From Macrostomum lignano (lineage: Eukaryota): DNA of 64,000 nt. The DNA is taken from positions 1-64,000 of the forward strand of contig NIVC01000355.1 of assembly GCA_002269645.1 (NCBI GenBank), written 5' to 3'. How positions within the stretch are numbered: position 1 is the first letter of the stretch; the number at the start of each line of letters is the position of its first letter. The notes under the pieces are model-generated. The model ran no database searches and was not told the DNA's origin. It saw nothing but the letters and a program-made list of their open reading frames with translations. Below are positions 1-13,506 of the stretch, one piece after another. A program made the position numbers and the translations under genes.

Positions 1-3440
<3,440 letters not shown>

Positions 3441-3689
3441 TAATCTCTCACTTGTCGAACTTTCCTGTTGTGCCAAATTTGGAAAGCGCCAAGAAGAGTT
3501 TTTTGATTGGCACAATTCGCTGCAATGCACGATTGATGAAGTGAGTTGCCCCAATCAGTCCAAAAACATTTTTGGGATTGCCTTCTTCAGTTGACGTCTT
3601 TTAGACTCGTGAACGTGACGGTAACGCCTTGCAACTTTGTGAAAGTTTCGCTATGAAGGAGAAGGCCAGTTCACAGTTGAAGCTCTTCT

Positions 3690-5340
3690 CATTACTAGTA
3701 AGTTCTCAGCCGGAAAGCACTACTCTCTCTAGGTGCCATATTGACGGAAGGACCTTGGCGACCGCAGTCTTCCACAAAGCACGGTCCTTTGAGGCGTGGA
3801 GTCTTTCCAGGCTGTTCATGTTCATACATCGAGACAGAAAGGTGATTCGCTGTCTCCTTAAATTTTTGTTCAATCTTCCCAGTCTTACTCATCATAGGGC
3901 CAAAGAGCACCACTTGCAGTCTCCGAATGTTCGCCATCAAGTTTCTTCTGCAGAGCATCTTCACTCGGTGTGTGACTGGTCCAGCTCACTCTCAGGATGC
4001 GCTTCAAGATCCACAACTCCATTGTCTCGACTCTTCACTCTTCTATCCATTGCTGATGATATTGTCCAGCATTCTGAGCCGTAGTTCAGAACAAGGAGAA
4101 CACAGCAGTCAAGGATTCTTAACTTGGTCTTCAGATTGACTTTCCTGTTTTTCAGGATTTTGTTCAGCTGTTGGAAGGAATCCCATGCTATTCTGATTCT
4201 TCATTTGATTTTCTGTTCACCTTTTCCTTTCGAAGTAATCACACTTCCCAAATATAGTTGAATTTTTTGCTTCCTTGAATGGTTCTCTCTTCTGTTTGGG
4301 AACAAACCATGCAATCCTTGAACACATCTTCTTACTTTCCAATACCGCTCACCCTGTTCAGAATTTCTTGCAACTTCTCTGAGCTTAATTTCTTAAGAAC
4401 AACTGTCTTAATCTGCGCAAACTTTGACATTCTTACAGCAGTACCTTGCTTCTAATACAGATTATTGAGAACTCAAGTGTCTTTTCCATTAATGTAAATT
4501 TATTCTAACATCTTCATCAGTTCTTTGTGTCTGACACTGTCGAAAGCTCTTACTTAGTATAGATAGCTCAAAGAAAAATACAGATTCTTCTTCATTTCAA
4601 CAGCTCTTTCACTAAGCATTCGAACAATTCGAAGATGGCAGTTCGTGTTTCACAGTCTCCAGCAAAAGCCGCACTGAACTTCAAAGACTTCTGGACGCAC
4701 GTCGTAATCTACTTCACGCTCCCATCATCAGAACCCTTATCAGCACCTTGGTAACGTGGCTCATTCGCATTCAGTTGCTCCCGTCTTTTTGGCATGGCAA
4801 TGAAGCTTGGCTGACTCATATCTTTTGTTCAATTTGTTCAATTACATGCTCACAATGGCATCTCTCTGACTTCCGATTTCCAGATTGCTGGTCCACGTGG
4901 CTCCTTTCTGAGGTTGGGCTGCTCACTGCTGTGATCATGGAAGAGATCGGTGACAGATCAGACCATTGCTTCAGCACCTTCTCGTTTCCAATGCTGCAAC
5001 CTGATGCAGCTACATTGGAATGCATATCAGTCAGGTTTCTGTCCTTCTGCTTCTCAATCTCTTCACATCTCTAATTTAGCCAATTGCCCATTATTCTTCA
5101 GTGCACATTGCGGCCTAATTCTTCAGTCTAGCTTCATGTACACTTTTGTCTTCCATGAGCAGAAGGATTTCGTCTGTCATCCACTTCTTGCATTTCTGCT
5201 TCGTCTTCAATGGAATGGCTTCTTTTGCACCTTCGTTCACTCCCACTTGGTCTTAGTTTGTTCGACTTCTTGTTGTCGAAATCGCGATTCCTGACTTTCA
5301 CATTGAACTTTGCCTTGACTGGTTCATCTTGTTGTTAGAC
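3690..5340 (-). mobile_element. Degenerate RTE-clade non-LTR retrotransposon (LINE) ORF2 remnant
   Basis: Manual minus-strand translation across frameshifts and stops gives KKWMTDEILLLME, SHVTKVLIRVL, QCGF, LRMLSERAVEMKKNLY, RAFDSVRHKELMKML, YLGSVITSKG, RIRIAWDSFQQLNKILKNRKVNLKTKLRIL, LNYGSECWT and MELWILKRILRVSWT. These are typical RTE RT and C-terminal blocks. The central RT (YADD region) appears deleted. Confidence 0.85.
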
Positions 5341-5344
5341 TGGT

Positions 5345-5550
5345 AGAAGATCCAAAAATCAAACGCAGCATTGTTGTAACAAAAGATTTCGCCAGACAGA
5401 GCGGCTGTGTTAGCAAAGCCCGAAGGCAGCCAGCCTCACACGGCAGACAGATTCTGCAGCGATGTCGAGGACCTGCTCAGGGACAGTTCGACTTGCTTTT
5501 GCACTGCGGGCATAAAAATAAGAAACTCTTGTTCGATTCCAGATTTACAG
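5345..5550 (-). repeat. Dispersed ~200 bp repeat, copy 1 (copy 2 at 60661-60885)
   Basis: Shared sequence such as gattctgcagcgatgtcgaggacctgctcagggacagttcgacttgcttttgcactgcgggcataaaaata is present at both loci. Confidence 0.85.
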
Positions 5551-5959
5551 GCAGGTGTTTTCATTCTTGGTCTAAAACTAATTTGGCAAATTTTAATCGG
5601 ATTCGTTAAAGAATCAGATTCCTGTATTCGCACTACACCTGGGTTTGTCATGTGAGGTTGAACTTCATCAGAGTTCATGAGGTTGAACTCACAGCTAGCC
5701 ACCGCCATGCACATGAGCTGCATACTTGATAAATACGTTCCTCCTACTGGCATCAAGCTGCTACTTTAAGTAGCAAAGCAGCAGCTACGATAGCAATTAG
5801 TCTGTAGCCAAGCCGAACCGCACCCAAACCTCATTTATTTCAATTGGACGGTGGCAGCGCTGCCAATGGCAGTCAATTGTGACGCAAATGAGCAAAAATA
5901 GATAAATACCAGCAAAATGCGGCGCTCTCCGCATTCCACAGCACCGATACCGAGCCGAA

Positions 5960-6658
5960 ATGGAAGCTCTTTGGAGAATTCTGACAGCGATTGCAGCAGT
6001 TCTGATGCAGAACTTCGGCAGGTCCGCAAGCCAAAGCGAGGGCCTCGATGGCACTGAGCAGGAGATACTGGAAGCCATTATGCTCGAAAATGAAACTAAA
6101 ATTTCACGATACCTGCAGATGGCTTCTAACGTTGATAGGCTCTTCAGTATCAATGAGATGACATTCTCATCGCTTCACATTGCATGTGAAATGGGAAAAG
6201 TCAAAATTATCGAAATGTTCATTCAAGCCAGAGCTGACGTCAATCTTCAACGAAGCGATGGCTGCTCACCTCTCTACATTGCATCAGCGAAGGGTCACCA
6301 CCAAGTTGTGAGCTCACTCATCAAAGCACAAGCTGACGTCAATCTTCAAGAAGTCGATGGCTGCTCACCTCTCTACATTGCATCACAGAATGGTCACCAC
6401 CAAGTTGTGAGCTCACTCATCAAAGCAGAAGCTGACGTCAATCTTCAAGAAAATGTTCATGGCTGTTCACCTCTCAACATTGCATCACAGAATGGTCACC
6501 ACAAAATTGTGAACCTACTCACCAAAGCACAACAAGATGACGCCAATTCTGAGTATATTGGGAGTCAAAACTCCAGTGTACTTTGTTGTTGTTGTTGGAG
6601 TAAAAAAGTAACTAAGTTCATCTGCTTTGGAAAAACCACCGAAAGAGCCAGAATTTGA
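5960..6658 (+). CDS. Ankyrin-repeat protein (about 4 ANK repeats, 232 aa, apparently single exon)
   Basis: Repeats SSLHIACEMGKVKIIEMFIQARADVN, SPLYIASAKGHHQVVSSLIKAQADVN, SPLYIASQNGHHQVVSSLIKAEADVN and SPLNIASQNGHHKIVNLL match the ANK consensus. ATG start, TGA stop. Confidence 0.85.
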   Translation: MEALWRILTAIAAVLMQNFGRSASQSEGLDGTEQEILEAIMLENETKISRYLQMASNVDRLFSINEMTFSSLHIACEMGKVKIIEMFIQARADVNLQRSDGCSPLYIASAKGHHQVVSSLIKAQADVNLQEVDGCSPLYIASQNGHHQVVSSLIKAEADVNLQENVHGCSPLNIASQNGHHKIVNLLTKAQQDDANSEYIGSQNSSVLCCCCWSKKVTKFICFGKTTERARI

Positions 6659-6870
6659 GTAAGTTTCAATCATTAGATTTGCTTTTTTCTCTTTAATTTT
6701 TGCTCGTTTTTTAATAGCATTTATCTTTTAGTTTTTTCGGGATTGAAAAAGTTCGTGCAATTTTCGGCGGCCAAACAAATAATTTTTGTTGAAATTTTAA
6801 CAGAAACAGCACAAAAACAGCGAAAGGCAAAAGAGAGAGTTTTGAATATGGTTTTGAAATTATCCTTAAG

Positions 6871-6981
6871 ACAGCCTGGCGTAATGACAAACTCAACTGG
6901 CCATTATTTCAGCTTTAGCAGGCGTTTGAACCATAGACGATTAGTTAACTATGCATTTATTAACTGACATAAGGGAATAAT
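6871..6981 (+). repeat. Left arm of ~110 bp inverted repeat (right arm 11293-11404)
   Basis: acagcctggcgtaatgacaaactcaactggccattatttcagcttt...aagggaataat is the reverse complement of 11293-11404 with a few mismatches. Confidence 0.9.
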
Positions 6982-7301
6982 CGCAAACAGTCTACATGGA
7001 ATTCTGGAATACACTGAAAAAGGATAGTCCAGACATTTTAGCTAACAAACAATGGATAAATAATCAGCGGTCCCAGTGCGTGGCAACGATTGTACATATA
7101 CTTTCCTTCAGACGCAATGAAGTTTAATTTAGGCCATTATTCCACACTTTTGGAACTTTCCATAGACAAAAGAGTCAATCAGTATATTTTAACCAATAAG
7201 CAACGGATGCAAATACGAGAACTCGTATAAATGAAAAGATATCAGGGCCTCACGGCTAGTAGTCTATGGCCAAAACTGTGTCAAACAAGAAAAACATGTA
7301 C

Positions 7302-7528
7302 TACACCTTTTCACGTTCAATTTTGATCAAAGTCCAGTTCTAAAAAAACTAGCGGAAATTCAATTCAGATAATTCAGACTTGGGCAACAAACCCCGTTCA
7401 AAACATTATGCAACCGAAGCAAGTTTTAGCCATAGACAAAATTGTCCCCAGTCTGAATCGTCTGAATTGAATTTCCGCTAGTTTTTTTAGAACTGGAGTT
7501 TGTTCAAAATTGAACGTGAAAAGGTGTA
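7302..7528. mobile_element. Palindromic MITE, ~85 bp TIRs, TA at both ends (Tc1/mariner-like)
   Basis: tacaccttttcacgttcaattttg...ctagcggaaattcaattcaga pairs with tctgaattgaatttccgctag...caaaattgaacgtgaaaaggtgta. Confidence 0.7.
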
Positions 7529-7805
7529 AAAGCTGCATTCATCCATGCATTAAATAAACGTGAACACAAAACCAGAACAGGAGCAATTAAATGTCACTGT
7601 CTATCAACGTTACTGCAGATGTCAAAGACGCCTATTACTTACCCCCAAAATTAAATGTACAGTTTTCAAAGCGGCAATTTTCGAAAATACGGGACACTTG
7701 TGCCTGGGCGTTCATCACTGCAATAATTTAAAGCGAAACTGTTTTTACACCAAAGGAACATTTATTCACCAACAAACATTTTCTGATAAATAGACATTCA
7801 TTTAG

Positions 7806-9167
7806 TTACTCAAACTTACCACTTGAAACTTGCACTTCATTAGCCGGCTTGACTTCGACAGGTGAGATACCGTCGACACCTGTCTCAATGCATGGCATGT
7901 TTACGCCGTTCGATTGCTTGGGCACCTCGATAGGACGATCTAAGGCCGTGCTTACAGCCGTCGACGCTTCAAAAACTGCGCGGTCGCGCTTCCTTGATAG
8001 ATATCGGCGCACCGTTTTTTCGCTCTTCTGACCGGTGATGCACATGATATCATTCATTCCATGGCCAGTCTCGTGCAAGTCCGCGATTCGCGTCACCCGT
8101 ATACAATGATTTGTATACTCTCGAGATAGATTGCATTGCTTGCTAAGCCGTTTCATCAATGAGGTGAACCAATTGATGCCTCGTACCTGCTGAGATAAAA
8201 AACGCAAACAACCCGTTATCTTGTCATTCGGTAGTGCTCTTGAGAACAAGCAGTCGTCCTTGCGATCCGATGGGAGCAGCGAAATGTTTTTATTGACCAG
8301 GTCCCGCTGCTTCCCATACAGCCTAGCTTGCTTCGGGCGGTCGTCCTTACAACGCGTAGGATCGGAAATTTGATTCTTCGTAGGCAGTATTGGAAGCGAC
8401 ATATAGGGTCTGCCATCAGCATCCACCTTTGTCAACAGACTGCTTGCTGCCTTCAATGCCGGCAGGTGCTCTTGCCCACGCTCTCCAAAAACGTAAAAAA
8501 TGGTGAACAATACCTCATCCTGCAACTTCTCAGCGGTACTTCCGTCGAAATATGCTCGCAACTTTGTTAGATCAGCGTCCTCGATAGCTTCAAATTGCTT
8601 GGTAACGCCTCCAGCATTGTGGAATTCCCTCACCTTCACTCTTAGCATGCGATTGGAGCTCGCAAACTCTTCTCCGTCAATGAAGTTGATAGAGCGCTTC
8701 AGAATTAGGTTAAAGTACCGGTGTATCCCAGCTCTAATGCACACAAGACTTGACGGCGAATACTTTTCACCGTTCGTCCTCTGCAGACCGAAATAATAAT
8801 AGCGCAAGTACTCATTCAGCTTCCACACTTCCATCGTCACAGGCGACTCCTTGGTTGTCTCAGAGAGAAACTTCACGAAAGCCTGCCCATGCCGATTCAT
8901 CTGGTCCACCGTTGACTTTGGCAGTGACTGAATTTCTACACCATCCATTCTCGAACTCAGGTCCATGTCGTCGCCCGCCACCTCCGGAAGTTCGGGCAGT
9001 TCTTCAGTGCCATGATCGTTCTCAAGCCACTTAATGAAATCACTCAGGGCCTGGTCATCGTGATGTTCTCCATGCATGCTTGTATCCGACAAAAGTTGCA
9101 GCTCGTCCATCTTGACACCATTGAGCGAGTCGACCGGAATATTTTTCCAATTGATAAATGCAGGCAT
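7806..9167 (-). CDS. Crypton-type tyrosine recombinase (DUF3504/ZMYM-QRICH1-like family), 453 aa, intact ORF
   Basis: LNEYLRYYYFGLQRTNGEKYSPSSLVCIRAGIHRYF is a Crypton/DUF3504 N-terminal block. Catalytic-type motifs: FGERGQE (R), PTKNQ (K), YTNHCIRVT (HxxR), ITGQKS (H position is Q), TVRRY (Y). Confidence 0.88.
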   Translation of the reverse strand: MPAFINWKNIPVDSLNGVKMDELQLLSDTSMHGEHHDDQALSDFIKWLENDHGTEELPELPEVAGDDMDLSSRMDGVEIQSLPKSTVDQMNRHGQAFVKFLSETTKESPVTMEVWKLNEYLRYYYFGLQRTNGEKYSPSSLVCIRAGIHRYFNLILKRSINFIDGEEFASSNRMLRVKVREFHNAGGVTKQFEAIEDADLTKLRAYFDGSTAEKLQDEVLFTIFYVFGERGQEHLPALKAASSLLTKVDADGRPYMSLPILPTKNQISDPTRCKDDRPKQARLYGKQRDLVNKNISLLPSDRKDDCLFSRALPNDKITGCLRFLSQQVRGINWFTSLMKRLSKQCNLSREYTNHCIRVTRIADLHETGHGMNDIMCITGQKSEKTVRRYLSRKRDRAVFEASTAVSTALDRPIEVPKQSNGVNMPCIETGVDGISPVEVKPANEVQVSSGKFE

Positions 9168-9690
9168 TTTGAAGCTACAAAAAAGCGTCCCTTAATATGT
9201 CAAGAGTGATAAGAAATGGACATCAATATTGCAAGTTTTCTGTCTATGGTCCAGGTAACCTCTGAAGACAACATAGCGAGCAACGTTTAGTCTATGGTCA
9301 AGAGAAAAGTGTGGAATAATGACCGCGACAAAAGTGTGGAATAATGGCCGCAAAAGTGTGGAATAATGACTGCGCGCTGAGTGAAAGTATAAATACAATG
9401 CACTTGTGTAGTATGCAACTTCGTTGAATAATGGCATAGACACTCGTGCGCTACGCGCACTCGTGTTTTGGCCATTATTCAACTCAGTGCAGTTGCATAC
9501 TATACAATTTACCATTGTTTGGCGAGCGCCGGTAGGCGCGAGCCATAGACAAATCGTTGTCACGCACTGGGACCGCTGATTCTTTGCATTGTTTTTCTGT
9601 TTGAGGATCCTAAAAACAATGCATTGTTTGTAGTAATGTATTGTTCTGCATAAAAAATGCGAATAATGATCGTCAAATTGCTAAACAATG

Positions 9691-9892
9691 CAATGGGCCG
9701 TATGCAGAAAGCTTAGTCCAGACTAGCTAGTCCAGACTTGGGTAGTTCAGTCTATAGTCTATGGTCTAGCTACCCTTGTTCTGTCTATAGTAGACCGGTC
9801 TAACTTTGTGTTTCTGCATACCAAATCCAAGTCCAGGCTGGCTTTTCAAGACCGGACTACCCTAGACAGAGCTTTCTGCATACGGCCCATTG
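9691..9892. mobile_element. ~200 bp MITE with 23 bp perfect inverted ends (GGGCC core, PIF/Harbinger-like)
   Basis: caatgggccgtatgcagaaagct (9691-9713) is the reverse complement of agctttctgcatacggcccattg (9870-9892). No clean TSD. An adjacent second IR pair lies at 9890-9905 / 10046-10061. Confidence 0.6.
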
Positions 9893-10192
9893 TGTCTAGT
9901 TTCGTTTGGGCCACAAATGGGCCACTATGGCCATCATCTGGCTTGCGCCAAGTGGAAAATGCCTATGACACAAATCCCTAGAATCGCTTAGTGAACAATT
10001 CCCGTCTGGGAAGTTGTGTCCTAGCCGTTTTGAATTGGTTTTTGGACGAAACTAGACACAATTCCACTATCAAGAGGTCACGCTTCACACACAACTGCCT
10101 TACCGCGTCTCGGCCTACCGGCCTCGACGCTATGGCAGTTGTATGTGAAGCTTAACCTCTTGATAATCATACATTGTAATTATACTTTTACC

Positions 10193-11200
10193 CAGACGCA
10201 ATGAAAAAAATATTTAGGCCATTATTCCACAGTTTTGATGTGTACCATAGACATTTGGATTGAAAAAATCCATCGCACAGTATTTTTGTTAATAAATACA
10301 GAACAACAAGAAGTAAATGAACAAAAAGGAAAAATCATTAAAACTAAAGTACCAGCTACACGAAAAGGGTTAATAATAAATGTCACAGCTAGTGCAGTTC
10401 ATCAGTTTGTAGTCGAAATTTGACAATGTAAAAATCAATTTGTCACCCAAAGTGAAACATGCAGTTCTCAAAGCCGCAGTTCCCAAAGATGCTCGACACT
10501 TTAGCCTGATGATTTGGCACTGCAAAAGGAGTTGGTCTATTTTGAATGTTTTCTATGAAAGAGAAATACAGGTGCTCAAGTATAGTTGCCGAACTTACCA
10601 TTTGAAAGATGCACGTCTTGGTTAAGTTGGCATGCGACTGATGAGCTTCGTCTGATGAGCCTCTTTGGTACCGCAGTATCCAAGCTGGGATTCTTTGGGA
10701 CTGGCGGCTGCTCGACTGAATCGATTGGCCGCTTTCAGGCATCGTTTATAGCCGTCGAGGCGTTGAAGACTGCATGGTCGCGTTTTCTTCCTAGGTAGCG
10801 CCGCACGGTTCGTTCAGTCGTCGACAGGAAGATTTTTTCAATTAATAAGCGCGGCTGTTTGACGAGATGCACTATAGCCATAGTTGTTTGACAAGACAAA
10901 TAGCTTTTTCTCCCACTACTCGCTTTCCTGATTTCTTGCAAGACGCAAGCAAAATCAGCACTCATCACAGTGTTGTCTATGGTCAAACTAAGCCACATAA
11001 CTCAGTCGTCTATGGGTAAAACAACTCTTAAAACAGCCAATTGAAGCATGATAAAAAGTATGGAATAATGACAGCGACAAAAGTGTGGAATAATGGCCGC
11101 AAAAGTGTGGAATAATGGCCGCAAAAGTGTGGAATAATGGTAGATTGCGTAGTAGGTAAGGGGCTGAAATAATGGCCAAACACGAGTGCGCGTAGCGCGT
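10193..11200 (-). mobile_element. Non-autonomous internally deleted Crypton derivative
   Basis: 10193-10255 resembles 7109-7165. 10735-10820 encodes ERTVRRYLGRKRDHAVFNASTAINDA, matching YR C-terminus KTVRRYLSRKRDRAVFEASTAVSTA. 11050-11150 carries the same aaaagtgtggaataatggccgc tandem motif as 9305-9370. Confidence 0.75.
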
Positions 11201-11292
11201 TTTCTGCTAAATAGTTTTGTGGCTAAATAGTTTTGACTATCATTTTTCTTCTCACTAATATTACTATTGTTATGATTATCATTACTGTGAAC

Positions 11293-11404
11293 ATTATTCC
11301 CTTATGCCAGTTAATATATGAATACTTTAACTAATCGTCTATGGTTCAAACGTCTGTTAAAGCTGAAATAATGGCCAGTTGAGTTTGTCATTACGCCAGG
11401 CTGT
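11293..11404 (-). repeat. Right arm of ~110 bp inverted repeat (left arm 6871-6981)
   Basis: Reverse complement matches 6871-6981. Confidence 0.9.
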
Positions 11405-11454
11405 GTCTTCTGGACAATGACTGAGCGCTGAGTGAAAGTATAAATACAATGCAC

Positions 11455-11554
11455 TTGTATAGTATGCAACTGAGTTGAATAATGGCCATAGACACTCGTG
11501 CGCTACGCGCACTCGAGTTTTGGCCATTATTCAACTCAGTTGCATACTATACAA
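11455..11554. repeat. 34 bp perfect inverted repeat around a 32 bp spacer containing a GTGCGC-TAC-GCGCAC hairpin
   Basis: ttgtatagtatgcaactgagttgaataatggcca / tggccattattcaactcagttgcatactatacaa. Diverged copy at ~9405-9505, half-site at 11165-11200 (minus), variant at ~51050-51120. Confidence 0.9.
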
Positions 11555-11949
11555 TCTACCATTGTTTGCAGTCATGTATTGTTCTGCATAAAAATGCGAA
11601 TAATGATATATTCTTCTGCACTATTTTCGAGTGTTAATGTTATTAGCGCGCCAGCGCGAATGATCGTCAAATTGCTAAACAGTGGAAAACGCGCACATTA
11701 AGCACAAAAACAACACGGTAGTCATAGACTGTTCATCAGAAGTTGCTCATTATAACTGAAACGTGCAATCCTTGAAGTGGCAGTTCTCGAAGAAGCGAAC
11801 TGCGCGTTCCGAATCCATCCAACCCGCAGATTAATGGACAATGTAAAAAATTCACAGTTTCTATATGTTCATTAGTATAGCCACTAATTTACTTACAATG
11901 TTGACATATTATACTTACCCGCATCTCCTGTGTCATCTCCACTGAAGCA

Positions 11950-12260
11950 TAGGTCGCACGGTTCGTTCAGTCGTCGACAAGAAGATTTTTTCCAATTAAT
12001 AAGCGGTGCTGTTTCACGATATGCACTAGCCATAGTTGTTGTTTGACAAGACAAATAGCTTTCTTTCACTCGTACTACCCGCTTTCCTGATTTCTTGCAA
12101 GACGCAAACGAAATCAGCACGCATCACAGTGTTGTCTATGGTCAAACTAAGACGTATCTCAGTCGTCTATGGGTAAAATAATTCTCTCAAAACAGCCAAT
12201 TAAAGCGTGATAAAAAAGTGTGAAATAATGACCGCTTCCGGCACACTGAAATAATGGCCG
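11950..12260 (-). mobile_element. Second short Crypton-derivative fragment
   Basis: Diverged copy of 10800-11070 (cgcacggttcgttcagtcgtcgaca...ctatggtcaaacta...aaaacagccaatt). Confidence 0.7.
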
Positions 12261-12264
12261 CCAG

Positions 12265-12634
12265 ACTACGCTATCAGCTGCAGCCCCAGGCAGAGTGGCC
12301 AACGAAGGTTATTGAGGGTTTAAAAAGCAGTTTTCTGCTTTTTTAGGGATATTAAAATGTGAAAATTAAAAATTAAAATAGCCTAAAGACTGATCCGGAA
12401 AATTTGCAATTTTTCCCATATAAGTTTCGACGCTGACTTGGCAGTATTTTAGGAGTTCACTTACAACATACATACACACAAACAACGCACCAGTTTTAGC
12501 ATTAGGAGATAGAAGAGAGAGAGAGAGTATTAGGATAGAAGAGAGAGAGAGAGAGAGAAAGAGAGAAGAGAGAGAGAGATAATAGGAGTTATCGAACAGA
12601 CACACAAACAACGCACCAGTTTTAGTATTAGGAT

Positions 12635-12707
<73 letters not shown>

Positions 12708-12759
12708 GAGGAGTTATCGAACAGACACACAAACAACGCACCAGTTTTAGTATTAGGAT

Positions 12760-12818
<59 letters not shown>

Positions 12819-12887
12819 GAGAGAGAGAGAGATAATAGGAGTTATCGAACAGACACACAAACAACGCACCAGTTTTAGTATTAGGAT

Positions 12888-12944
<57 letters not shown>

Positions 12945-13010
12945 GAGAGAGAGAGATAAGAGGAGTTATCGAACAGACACACAAACAACGCACCAGTTTT
13001 AGTATTAGGA
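12265..13010 (-). mobile_element. Short Helitron-like element followed by a tandem array of its 5' terminus separated by (AG)n
   Basis: Five repeats of ggagttatcgaacagacacacaaacaacgcaccagttttagtattagga (minus strand TCCTAATACTAAAACTGG...TTTGTGTGTCTG) interleaved with variable (AG)n. The array abuts a CTAG+hairpin end at 13011. Confidence 0.6.
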
Positions 13011-13506
13011 CTAGCAATCTAGTGCCCCCCTTCGGGGTGGCCAATAAGCAAGGGACGAATCCTTTAAAATGAAAAGAATTCTTAGGGAGGGGGCTAGGAA
13101 TCGAATTCTCATTTTAATTCTGGGGCTTATGTACCAATAAAACATGCTTGTTTAGAATTTTAAAACTGACAATTCAACCTACTTGCCTTCTTTCAGAGCA
13201 ATAGCGTACTACTTCTGTTGCGGTGCAAGCAGTACGCTCTGCAACGACTGGAAAAGCAACTACAGCTAAAAAAAGTCTATTAAACTGAACAATATTGTCT
13301 TTATTAATTTCCAACGAATTATCGAATAAAGACAGAACAGTTCAAAGCTATAGTCAAAAGGATAAGAACTAAGATGTTTTTGCAGAAGGCTTCGCCAACA
13401 AGATTGGTAAAATTAATAAACAGACGAGAAAATATAGCTTTCACAAAGATCACAGTCACTACCCCTAAATAGAAAATATTCCCAAGACAGCAAGCATCCC
13501 CCCAGT

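Larger units (their letters stand above)
7062..9581 (-). mobile_element. Crypton-like (tyrosine recombinase) DNA transposon; boundaries approximate
   Basis: Contains the YR ORF. A 30 bp inverted repeat (aatcagcggtcccagtgcgtg[g/a]caacgatt) lies at 7062-7091 and 9552-9581. Subterminal ggccattattccaca / tgtggaataatggcc motifs and many ccatagac/gtctatgg motifs are present. Confidence 0.7.

Noticed and set aside
12480-13010. CRISPR-like array (constant ~50 bp repeat with variable spacers), also 47510-48030
   Set aside because: Spacers are only (AG)n of varying length, there are no cas genes, and the context is eukaryotic.
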